This document shows, in pieces, positions 1 through 11,285 of a stretch of DNA of 64,000 bases (position 1 is its first letter; each line of letters starts with the position of its first letter). Made by a program: the position numbers and the translations under genes. The notes beneath the pieces are model-generated. The model did not search any database and was not told the DNA's origin. It saw only the letters and a list, made by a program, of their open reading frames with translations. The stretch is from the human T2T-CHM13v2.0 reference genome, Homo sapiens, in NCBI RefSeq assembly GCF_009914755.1, contig NC_060929.1; one strand, written 5' to 3'.

Positions 1-2644
1 ATAATTTGTCAATTTACAATGAAATAAAATAAATTGTAAAAATAAAGTATACATAATAATTACAAATAAGATGAAAAATAAAAATGAGTGCAGCACTAAT
101 AGTATTTTAATGCATTTACTTTTGAAATTGAACACTCTTTTCAAAATGTGTTCACTACTTCAAATTGAAAGTTTAAAAATGTGCTAAAATCTCCACAGAC
201 AACATTTATTTCATTAGGAACTTTTGGAAATCTGGTTGCCCAGCAAATTATCATTTTAGTAATTTTTAACTGAAGAAAAAATTAGGAAGTAAGTTTATCT
301 TATTTTGCACATATTTTAATAGATCATAATTCTATAACATGGAATAAATTATTTCTTGATGCAATCAAAATATTTCAATATTTGTTATGCTAAATGTACT
401 ATCTGTTGTCATCTCTGGTTTGATATTATATATTTTAAGGTTTTTGAGCTAATTTAATCCAGTCAGTCCCTTAATAGTATAATAAAGTATATAAAATTTA
501 CCATTTAAACATTAGATTCATTTTCTTAAATTTTACCTTGTGAATCAATTAAATAATAGTAATGGTTTCAATGAAGAGATTCCAGGTTTAGTTACAAAAC
601 TTTGTATGATATAATTGACATATAGCATATTACTTATTTTTCCCTCTAGGATCTAGATAAGCAAAATAGCAAAATATGTTCCACCTCCTGGGGCCAATAT
701 TACAAAGAAAACATTTTAATGAGGTAAAACACATTCCAAGGTGGAAATTTAAAATGTAATATGAGCCTTATTTTCTGGACTTACAATTGATGAAAATGTA
801 GCACGTATTTTTTAAATTCAAATAGAAAGTAGAAAATTGTTGGAATGCTGTTTGCAAATGAGTCTGATTAGCTGTAGCTACATAAAGGTTTGCTTAAGAG
901 AAAAGATGGAGAGGCAACTTAGCAAGAGTAAATTAATAGAGAAGCAAAATCTTAGCAGGTGAATCTTATCTGTGAAGGAGACACTCCAAAAAAAAAAAAA
1001 ACAAAAAGAAAAAACTATAGACTTATTGCACTTCAATATAGAAATGAGATACACTCAAAGTCTGAATCATAGAGCTCTCATTTAAAATTGGTCCACATTC
1101 TCCTATCCCTTACATATTAAGGTATTTGGAAATGATTTTTTTTGTGTTGTTGTGTTTTGTAATGATAAATGGTTCTTCCTTAGGCAATAGGCAGACCGAA
1201 TAAAATCTAGGAAATAAAGGACATCGTTGCCAGTTGCCCCCTAAATACCCATATATATATATATCAGAATCTGTAATTGCGAACATAACTTCATGGCTTC
1301 ACGCATTTTTCCTCTAAAATATTTCTCATTTTTATATAGCAGTATTATATATATTTTCAAACATATTAGTAATCATAGCATATTATGGTTTTTTAAGTGT
1401 TTTCCATGCTCTAAGCTTGATTTAAGCCAGTTCCATCTATTAATTTATTTAATCTTTATGAAATTGTTAAAGTGGTACCATCATTATCCCCATTTATAAA
1501 AGAAGATACTGAGGGTCACATTGCTAGTAAGCGATCGAGCCAAGTCACACCAGATAGCCTATCAGTAAATGCAAGGGTACTATTTATAAGCTATTGTGTT
1601 GAAGCTTGTTAGGAGTATAACCATTTCACCTCTCAAAGTCCTCATATCACATTCCCGTTATGTAGTGTCTGTGAGTCTAGAAACACTATCCTAAAACAAG
1701 GCAGCTCTAAAAACTCATGATTATAATTTAAGAGAACTAGCTTATCCTGAAATTCTAAGCCAAATTATTTCAAAGAAATATACGTATGTTTGCTGAATGG
1801 GTATTGCTATGGGTACTAAAAGTATTCTTGAAAAATATGATTAAATTTCTCAATCCAATCCTGTCTACTACAATGATAATTTTGAAAGCCTAAGGAATAG
1901 ATGTGCGACATAGAGTATGTCACTTGTATTTGCATCTTTGTTATTCAAAATGTCAGTGTTGCTTCATTCTTACCTATTCAAAATTGAATTTTGATATTGT
2001 TTTCAATGAATTTTAAAATTATATTTTCTACCAAATGAAGTAAAATGAACCCAAAAAGAATTTTAACTACTGTGTCTTTTCAAACTCTTTTGTATTTGCA
2101 GTTTCAGAATTCTAATTTCAGTATAAGAAATTCAATCTATCACTGCATGGTTCTATTTTATTACACCATGTTAAATGATCCCAAGTAGCATAACTTGATT
2201 AGTCATGGTCCTTCTGTCAAATAAATAACTGCTGAGAAATGTACAAAGTACAAAGCTTTCTCATTAGGCAAAGGTGGCAGTTAATTAATGTGATTCCTAG
2301 AAAAATTATAATTATTCATTTCATCTAAAAGCCATTCTGCATTGGTATCTACTGCTTTTAAAACTTTAGAATCAGAGAACATTTCTGAAATTAAAGCCAC
2401 TTTTAAAAATTGTTATTATGCCAAAAACTGATAGTAAGCAGATTAGGTGCCTCATGCAAATTAGAACTATTATTATTGAGATATATAGCTTCATTTGAAG
2501 ATATTTCAGTGAAATTCTAAATTAGCCAATTGAGGAGGAGCACTTACTAATATAAAAGAAGTAAATCTAATAGAATTTACCTGACATCTGTATTAGGCTT
2601 GAAACTCAAACTGAGAGAAAGTCATAATAAACCAAACTACCCCA

Positions 2645-2811
2645 CATTATTTTTTTTCCTTCTCTTTCTTTTTTCCTCCCCTCCTCTCCCCTCCTCTGCC
2701 CTCCCCTCCCCTGCCCTCCCCTCTCCTGCCCTGTCCTTCCCTCCCCTCCGCTTCCCCTTTCTCCCTTCCCCTCCCTTTCCCTCCTTTCCCCTTCCCTTCC
2801 CTTCCCTTCCT
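2645..2811. repeat. Polypyrimidine (CT-rich) low-complexity tract
   Basis: Runs of ccctt/ccctc/cctt units; explains the overlapping Pro/Ser- and Gly/Arg-rich spurious ORFs. Confidence 0.9.
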
Positions 2812-3352
2812 GAAACAATGATTAGAAGCTGTCTGGATCTTCTCAAAAACAAAATAAGGGAAACTGAATTCTTGCTTTTCCTATTTATTTGTGTTGGACA
2901 ACTAAGATACTTTGCTTTTATCTTTAAATACTTGATCAAATGCAGGCCTGGCAGAGCCAAGAAGGCACCAAAATAAAAGATTCTGTCCTTAGGAAGCATT
3001 TTGGAGGGAAATGTGAGTCAGCCCTATACATTGAGAAACTTTTTTACATGTTGCTCTTTTCATGTCCAAACAGATTCTTTACTAATTAAACATAGAATCT
3101 GGTGCATCTTCTTCCTGTTTGCTAAAAATGCCTACTTCTTTCCTTCTCACATAGAAATCCCATCAGATATTAAGCATTCTTCAGGATTGCAAAGTACCTC
3201 CCAATTTTGCCAATTTTTCTTCTCATCTTTAAGAACAAAAAGATTTGGGCCAAGTTCTATGGCTCATGCCTGTAATCCCCCCACCTTGGGAGGTCAAGGA
3301 AGAAGGATTGCTTGAGCCCAAGAGTTCGAGACCAGCCTGGGGAACATGGCAA

Positions 3353-4149
3353 TGAGAGGTGAAGCCAGCTGGGCTTCTGGGTCGGGTGGGGACTTGGAGA
3401 ACTTTTCTGTCTAGCTAAAGGTTTGTAAATGCACCTGTCAGTGGTCTGTGTCTAGCTAAAGGTTTGTAAACACACCAATCAGCACTCTGTAAAAATGCAG
3501 CAATCAGCACTCTTTGTCTAGCTAAAGGTTTGTAAATGCACCAGTCAGCACTCTGTGTCTAGTTAAAGGTTTGTAAATGCACCAATCAGCACTCTGTAAA
3601 AACAGACCAATCAGCACTCTGTAAAATGGACCAATCAGTGCTCTGTAAAATGGACCAATCAGCAGGACGTGGATGGGGCCAAATAAGGGAATAAAAGCTG
3701 GCCACCCTAGCCACCATCCGCAAGCTGTTCGGGTTCCCTTCCACCGTGTGGAGGGTTTGTTCTTTCGCTCTTGGCAATAAATCTTACCGCTGCTCACTGG
3801 CTCTGCACTACCTTTATGAGCTCTAACACCACAAGGGTCTGCAGCTTCATTCCTGAAGTCAGCGAGACCACGAACCCACTGGGAGAAACAACTCCCGACA
3901 TGCCATCTTTAAGAGCTGTAACATTCACTGCGAGGGTCTGCGGCTTCACTCCTGAAGTCAGTGACACCACAAACCCACTGAAAGGAAGAAACTCCAGACA
4001 CATCTGAATATCTAAAGAAACAAACTCCAGACACACCATCTTTAAGAGCTGTAACACTCACCGCGAAGGTCCGCAGCTTCATTCTTGCAGCTTCATTCTT
4101 GAAGTCAGCGAGACCAAGAACCCACAGGAAGGAATAAATTCCGGACACA
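3353..4149 (+). mobile_element. LTR12 (ERV9) solo LTR
   Basis: Begins tgagaggtgaagccagctggg and ends ccggacaca; tandem accaatcagcactctgtaaaa units; cagcttcactcctgaagtcag repeats; 4-bp TSD GCAA at 3349-3352 and 4150-4153. Confidence 0.95.
3470..3700 (+). promoter_or_regulatory. LTR12 U3 CCAAT-box (NF-Y) array with TATA-like AATAAAA
   Basis: Intact CCAAT at 3475, 3582, 3607, 3631 and 3655; ggaataaaagc near 3690. NF-Y-driven promoter activity is established for the LTR12 family, not shown for this copy. Confidence 0.65.
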
Positions 4150-5649
4150 GCAAGACCCCCATTTCCATAAAAAAATAACTAAATAATTAAGGTGAGCATG
4201 GTGGCATGAACCTGTAGTCCCAGCTACTCAGGAGCCTGAGGTGGGAGCATAGCTTGAACCCAGGAGGTCAAGGCTACAGTGAGCCATGTTCATGTCACTG
4301 CATTCCAGCCTGGGCAGCAGAGCAAGACTCTGTCTCAAAAAAAAAAAAAAAAAAAAAAAAAGACTTGAAGACATGTTTTATTTCAAGAATTCCATGCCTA
4401 ACAACTTAATCAAAAACAGTTAAGAAGTTTAAAGTGGGTATGATTTCACATTATAGCTTGCTGTCAACAAAGCTCAGGTGCAAATTTTTCATGGCCATTC
4501 TGTGGCTGTTTTTAAGGGAAGCGAAACAGAGACTCTGAATCCAAATATACACAAAAATTATATTTTTTCCTCATTTTTCTTAATTCTATGCAAGTAAATT
4601 TGTGCCCTTACATGTTTAAGAATAAAACAGGCTTCTTTCTCACAGGTGGGGAAAAAATTACTACAAATGCACTATTTTAAAAGACGCTCTGACAACATTT
4701 AGAATAATTGTTAAAGTGCATTTATTTATTTAAATAGAAAATGTGCTTTGATGGAGCAGGATGAAAATTTATTACTATAATCCCTACGACTCAACTGTGA
4801 CCTGGTATTTATTGTTGGTTAAATGTATCAAGCCTTACACAAAAGGTACATATGATTTGGGGACCGTGAAAAAGAGTTGTCTGTCTTTGTAAATCATCAT
4901 ACTCTTTGCTTTTTCCAAGAATAAAGAGTATATGCCAGGATAATAGGTAGGTAATATTTTAGATACCAACTACTGGAGTATATTTGGAATAGCAACTTAA
5001 TAGATTCATGCTACTCATTAATACAGCATTTCTTAAATTCTTGGCATCTCCAGACTATTGAATAGACATTTGGAACACACATAAACCATCACATTTAAGT
5101 AAATTAAGAAAAAATTGATTATTGCAATAAAATACAATATAATATAAAATTGTTAATAGTAATATCTGATGAGTTAGGAATGATATTATGCTTTCACTAA
5201 TATATCCAGCTGTAATGTAATGATAAATAGCTATAATTGTAGAGCAGTTTGCATACCCAGATATTTTCTTGTCTTAAAAAATACCAACTCTTATACGTTA
5301 CTAAAAATGGACTACACATACAGTGTCTTTGTGAACTAGTTATATATATTAGGATCAAGTGTGGAGTGAGATATTATGGAGAGATTTCTCCTTTAGGGAA
5401 ACTTTCAACATGTCAACAGAGAGGATAACCTCAAAGGGTTGTCCTAAGTTCCTTACTTGCTGACCTGGGTCAATAGTGGTATCTTTAACTGAAATAAGAA
5501 AAAAAGAGAGAGAGAGAGAAACATGCCTTGTATGCCTTGTTCTCTTTGGTATACCTTAGTGTGGATTGTAATTTATATGCAAACTAATTCATCTATTTAT
5601 TCCATGGGTACATATTTATCCCATGGGTACATAGGAGGATGTATCCTAC

Positions 5650-6800
5650 TGGCTGCTTCTGCTGAGTCAGTCCCCTGGCATCATCTTTACTCACTCTCTA
5701 TTCTGACTTGGTGTGTGATCGCATCTAGTCCCACAGGCTCAAAATATACCATCTAGTTGTTACCTACTACCAAATTTAGATCTCTAATTACAGCCTCATC
5801 CTTGAGTTCTAGACTCATATGCATAACTACATATTTAACAAGTCACCTTGCAAGATGACTTGGTATCTCAAACTTAGCATTTTCAATACAAAACTATTGA
5901 GCCATTCCCAACACCATATTTTTATTCCCATCTCAAGAAGTTGTGAAACAATTAACCTTATTTCTCTGGAAAAATTTTATAGTTGGCCTCGACTACTCTC
6001 TCTCATAGCACACATTTACTAGATTAGAAGATCCTATGTGATTTAATATTAGAATGTATTCTGGAGCCATCTACATTTTTACCTCTTCCCTTTCTCCAAC
6101 CTATGGCATGTCTGTGCAGACCTTCTCCTTCTAGATTATTACTCTCCTGACTTGTCTCACTGCTTTCATTCTTGTGTTCCTATGGTCTTTCATTTATAAA
6201 CAGTCTAAGGTATTGCCTTAGAAAATAAAAGCAAGAACTTGGTGCTCTTATTCAAAACCATCCAGTGTTTCACACTGGATGTTTAATTTAATTTAATTTA
6301 ATTTAAAATTCAGAATTCCTACCTATCTTTTAAAAAACCTTCTGTGATCTGTATCATCTCTACCCATCCCCTGCTCCCTCTAAACTTCTACAATGCTCCT
6401 TCCTGCTCCATTCATGCTAACAGGCAGTTCTTTTTCCCTGCAGGGATGATTCCTATTCAGGGTCTTGCTCTAGGTATTCCTACTGCCTGAAACATTCTTC
6501 CTCCAAATATATATTTGTCTTCTCACTTTATTGTCAATCTTTTCAAATTTTGCCTTAACAGAGAAGCCCACCAAAAATAAAATAACATTTTTTCTCCCTA
6601 TATCTCACTTTATTTTCTTCAAAACAAGTATTGCTACTTGACATTACATTATATATTTATGTGTTTATTTGATACTGTATGCCCTCTCTTCCAGAATGTA
6701 AGCTCTGTTAAGCTGAGATTTTTTAAAATTCACTTAGGATTATGTTCTTTACAGCTAGAGCCTGGCATATACCTGGCACACAATAAATACTTAGTGAATA
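5650..6800 (+). mobile_element. L2 LINE 3' fragment (degraded)
   Basis: L2-type motifs (tactgcctgaaacattcttcctcc; agaatgtaagctc) ending gcctggcatatacctggcacacaataaatacttagtgaat. Confidence 0.7.
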
Positions 6801-6869
6801 AAAGAACAAAGGGTTTAAGCAGGAAAATAGCCAAATACATTTGATTTCAAACAATTATTCTTTAACACG

Positions 6870-7900
6870 GATAACGTTTTTGAAGGTGCAAGAGTGCCTA
6901 TGAAGACAGAGTTAGGAAGTTATTCCAGTAACCCAGGCCACAGAATTTTATAGCTTGAACTGTGGAGAAGTAAATGGAGCTGAGGAAAAAAAAAAGAAAT
7001 GTGAGATTTATTTAATAGGTAAATTGTAGAGCACAGTGATAAAATAGATATTAGGGTAGGGAAGAAGAGACAAGCGTCTGCTCCCTAGATTCTTCAGTAT
7101 CAGAATAACATAGAGAGTCATTCTTGTTAACTGTTACAAGAAATAAAGAAAAAGGTTGTGTTTGTGTGGTGGTGGGGTGTCACGGGTTCATTTTAAGATA
7201 TGCTAAGTTTGAGTTGCCTTTGAACATCCAAATAGAAAATACAAGAGGATAGCAGATATACAGTTCTAGATCCAAAAACAAAGTCTGGTCCGGAGACACT
7301 TGTAAGTCATCTGTGTGTCTGGTCAGGAGATACTTGTAAGTCATCTGTGTATAAAAGCAATTGAACCTATAAGCTTGTGAAATATCTTAGGAAGATTATA
7401 TAGAGTGAAATGGAAGATAACAAAGAGTAAATCTTGAGGAACTAAAGAGTCTAACAGGTGGAGAATGATGAGTTTTTCAAAAATAAAGGGGGTACATAGC
7501 AAAAGATAAAAATGAAAAAGGATAATGTTATGTCATAGAAGCCATTTTTAAAGTAATTTTCAAAAAGGATACAATGATTAACAGTGGTGAATAATACTGA
7601 GACCTATAATGAGGTTATTTGATGGTCTCTAGGAAATGTCAGGTCTCTTCAAAAAGAGCTAAAATTGCTAAATTTAAACAAACTCAAAAGCATTAAAATC
7701 TGACAAAATAGACATTATCTTGTGAAAATATTTTCAGAAAAAGTCAGATAAAATCTGAGGAGGTAAAAAGTGGCTGGCTATTTTCAAATGGTGTTGAGAA
7801 GTCAAATAAAATAAGAACTGGAAAATTCCTGATGGGTTTAGAGGAATGCATATAGAAGTTGACTGATTTGGTAATGACTATCAGAAGATATGGGGTAGGG
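6870..7900 (-). mobile_element. L2 LINE fragment, antisense (degraded)
   Basis: ttttaagatatgctaagtttgagttgcctttgaacatccaaatagaaa resembles antisense L2. Confidence 0.55.
7283..7350. repeat. 34-bp tandem duplication
   Basis: gtctggtccggagacacttgtaagtcatctgtgt followed by gtctggtcaggagatacttgtaagtcatctgtgt (2 mismatches). Confidence 0.9.
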
Positions 7901-8122
7901 GGAATTCATTTACTTTTCTAAGGATATTCAAAAGCCCTACCTATACATTTATACTATTTCTTTTCTACTCATACACTGCTATCATTTCTGATCCTGTTTC
8001 CAAATTCACTACACAGGTTATAAAATTTAAAAACCTCTTTTTTATAATGCATATAAATTCATTAACAAATAGAATACGTTTCTTTCAAATATAGATGGCA
8101 TATGCATAGATACATGCACATG

Positions 8123-8128
<6 letters not shown>

Positions 8129-8157
<29 letters not shown>
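8129..8157. repeat. (CA)n microsatellite
   Basis: Pure CA run abutting the left end of MER2. Confidence 0.95.
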
Positions 8158-8159
<2 letters not shown>

Positions 8160-8161
<2 letters not shown>

Positions 8162-8488
8162 GTCAGCCCTCCTTATCTGTGGGTTTCACATCCATGGATT
8201 CACGCAACTGCAGATCAAAAATATGCAAAAAATAATTTCATGAAGTTTCAAAAAGCAAAACTGGAATTTGCCACCCACCGAGTAGCATGTTGAATCCATG
8301 GAAATGAAGTGTAAGCACTGTATTAGGTACTATAAGCAATTTAGAAATGATTTAAAGTATATAGGAGGATGCATATAGGATTGTTATATGCAAGTACTAT
8401 GCCATTTTATATAAGGAAGTTGAGTATCCATGGATTTTGGTATGGGGTGGGTCTGGAACCAATCCCCCAGGGATACCAAGGGACTACT

Positions 8489-8489
<1 letters not shown>
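8160..8489 (-). mobile_element. MER2-type Tigger (Tc1/mariner) MITE
   Basis: Inverted termini cagtcagccctccttatc...gataccaagggactactg; TA TSD at 8158-8159 and 8490-8491; internal sequence matches recalled MER2 consensus. Confidence 0.85.

Positions 8490-8490
<1 letters not shown>

Positions 8491-8521
<31 letters not shown>
8491..8521. repeat. (CA)n microsatellite
   Basis: Pure CA run abutting the right end of MER2. Confidence 0.95.
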
Positions 8522-8524
<3 letters not shown>

Positions 8525-8905
8525 CCCATAATGTGTACTTTAAGGATATCAATCAAACACTAAAGTAAATGTCAATGATATGGCCATACAATATTTGTTT
8601 TCACATCGATGCCACTGATTTAATAAAATGTTTAGCATTGCATGTAAGTATGCTTTTCAGTAGCTGTTTCTGAGTACATTATTTTTATTAACTTCAAAGC
8701 TGTTTATATATTTCTCAGAAAATATATAAAAATATGATTTTACTATCTATTTCTCCTAAGAAATTAAAATTTCTTAAGAAATTACATGAAACTTCTGTAA
8801 TTATGTTATCTTTCTCACATTTAATGACTAATCATTTCACTATTCAATAAAATATAATGTGATCACAAAAGTCATATCAATAATATGATGCAGCATAACA
8901 CTGTA

Positions 8906-8908
<3 letters not shown>

Positions 8909-8936
<28 letters not shown>
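8909..8936. repeat. (TA)n microsatellite
   Basis: Pure TA run. Confidence 0.95.
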
Positions 8937-8942
<6 letters not shown>

Positions 8943-11252
8943 GCCCTCCTTCCAAATAGCAAATGTGCCACTCTATACACTAGAACAGATCACATTATTT
9001 GATGTTTGTTCTGTAAATATCAATTGTATTCCAGAAAGGTCACTCAAGTTTAATGGAAAATGATGAAAAATATCTCTAATGGTTTTATGTTATATTTTGA
9101 GAAATATTTTTGAGAGACAATAGAATTGTCCAATAAAATCCAGTTTTAAACTATTTAGCCTTAAATATCCTAATTTTGGAAAATTATTTTTGATGCCTAC
9201 TTCTGTGAAATTCCTGTTTTCCCAGCACACGTTCTGCACATATATGTGCATTCAGATCCTACATATATTAATGTAATTTTTACATTACTATGTTCCCATA
9301 ACTTTAGGCAATTTGTAAATCATTGATTCTTAAGTTAGGAAAATAGCAGTGAAATGTGATATATGATAAATTATTAGCATAAACAATACAAAGTAAATGA
9401 TGTGAAAAATTACTGAGGCTTGTTTAATGAATGATAACGGACACAAACTCAACAAAATGATTCTTGTAGTTCATGGGAAACCTTTAAGAATACAGAGATT
9501 GTTAAGAATATAACCAGATTGAATAAAAATTTAAATAGATTATACATTTTACATTTCACTTTTGGGAAACATCAATGAACAGAATTGTTTCCTCTTTCCT
9601 CTCCCTCACTCCACCATAAACAGCAAGCAGCTCCATCTGCAGAGACCGTGATAACCACAGAGAAGTGCGATGGTCCATTTACCACACTTTACAAACACTG
9701 CACTAATGATGCTTTCCTTATCACTCTCCACCTATTAAGATGTGCAATAAACATATCTTCTTGAGTTTCACATTAGTGTGACTTCAAATACATTTTTTAT
9801 GTGCAGTAATGATTTTCTAATGAACGTGCATGCCTCAATGTCTTCTAGGTATTGATTAGTATAAGCAGGCTAATTTTAATTCCTAGAAATTTCTATTCAT
9901 CAGCAAGATCTTTATCAGTTTTCTACTGTATGCCAGCCTTATAAGAAAAAAAAAAAGATTTGAGCCAGATGTATAAACTTGTGCTTTATCTTATATAGGT
10001 GTACCAAAGAAGGCAGTAATGGTTAAATATTAGAGTATTTATTTATGAGTAAATAATATTTAATTTAGAATACCTGATTATCTTTAAAATGGTATTTTGA
10101 ATGAGAATGTTAAAATAATATTTTAACATTATTTTTTAAATTATATTTAAATATATGACATAATGATAGTTTGGTTCTACCACTACTGCTGGACTTACTT
10201 CTTGAAGGAGAGAAACTGTAATGAAATTGTTTTAGCCCCTAATCATATGTATTCAAAGCAGTACAATATGTTTAATACAAATGGCATTCAATTTCTTTTG
10301 CCAGCTCTAATCAAATAACTGTTTTCTGTATTTATATATTACTTTACGTAACAAGTTATAAATACCAATTTAAACAAATTCATTCATGCTTTAGCATGAA
10401 CTCTTTTTTCTTCTTCCTCTTTGTCATAATAATATCTCATGATATTCCTGTTAGCAGATGTATAACCTATCAGTACCTCCTTAGACAAAGTTTTCAATTT
10501 TATGATTTTATAGATAAAATTTTAATACACTTTGCTAGGAATATAGCACCTAGTTTTAGATAGTTGTTTTCTTAAATTTCAAGAAGTGGTATTACCCAAT
10601 CAGAGACTATAATTGTATATTTTGATTTGGGATCATGCACCATATTGTTTTCAAAAGATCTTACCTATACGTAATACCAGGTGTCTTTTATAAAGACTTG
10701 ATGGTGTTATTTTCCTATACTGAAGTAGTCTTGAGATACTAGCTAAAAACTAAACCCTATGTGATATTTAAGTTGCTATTACAATTTATTTCTCAGTTTC
10801 TATTACCTAAAGTCTATCCAAAGTCTTCCCTCTTATTCTACCACATTAGTATAAATTAAGAAGTTTTATTGAGACTTCAGCAACAAACGAATATTCACAC
10901 TGTTGCATTCTCGGATGTTAAATAAAACATACCTGTGTGTAAAATTCTTCTGAAGGTAAAATTTCAAGCCAATTATAAAACTGACAAATGCTCAAACTTA
11001 CTTTCCCTGAAGGATAATATAAGTATCATTACTTTGAAGAAGAATTGAACATACAAAAATGAACTGCAGTTTTGAATATCAATAAGAGAACCTGAAAACA
11101 AGTAACTCATCTTTAAAAGTAATATTTTCATGTGATTTTTGAAAGCTGATACTTTACATTTTGAAAATCACAAACCCATGGTGAATGTCATGAAAATATT
11201 AAATAAGACTTCCTTGATTATTTTTAGTAACAGAAGTGAATTTAAGGTATTT

Positions 11253-11254
<2 letters not shown>

Positions 11255-11283
<29 letters not shown>
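11255..11283. repeat. Poly-T tract
   Basis: About 29 consecutive T with no recognisable adjacent retroelement. Confidence 0.9.

Positions 11284-11285
<2 letters not shown>

Larger units (their letters stand above)
3248..4361 (+). mobile_element. Old Alu (AluJ-like), split by an LTR12 insertion (Alu parts 3248-3352 and 4150-4361)
   Basis: ggctcatgcctgtaatccc...gagttcgagaccagcctgg left arm; right arm cctgtagtcccagctactcaggag...gactctgtctc plus poly-A; flanks aaaaagatttg / aaaaagacttg resemble a TSD. Confidence 0.92.

Noticed and set aside
650-723. Candidate 74-bp exon (ttccctctag ... gag|gtaaaa)
   Set aside because: Weak donor, no recognisable coding content, expected by chance in 64 kb.
2599-2999. 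Three overlapping ORFs of 70-125 aa
   Set aside because: Produced by the stop-free CT-rich low-complexity tract; no protein family signature.
3400-3665. Novel spaced-repeat array
   Set aside because: These are the normal U3 tandem repeats of LTR12.
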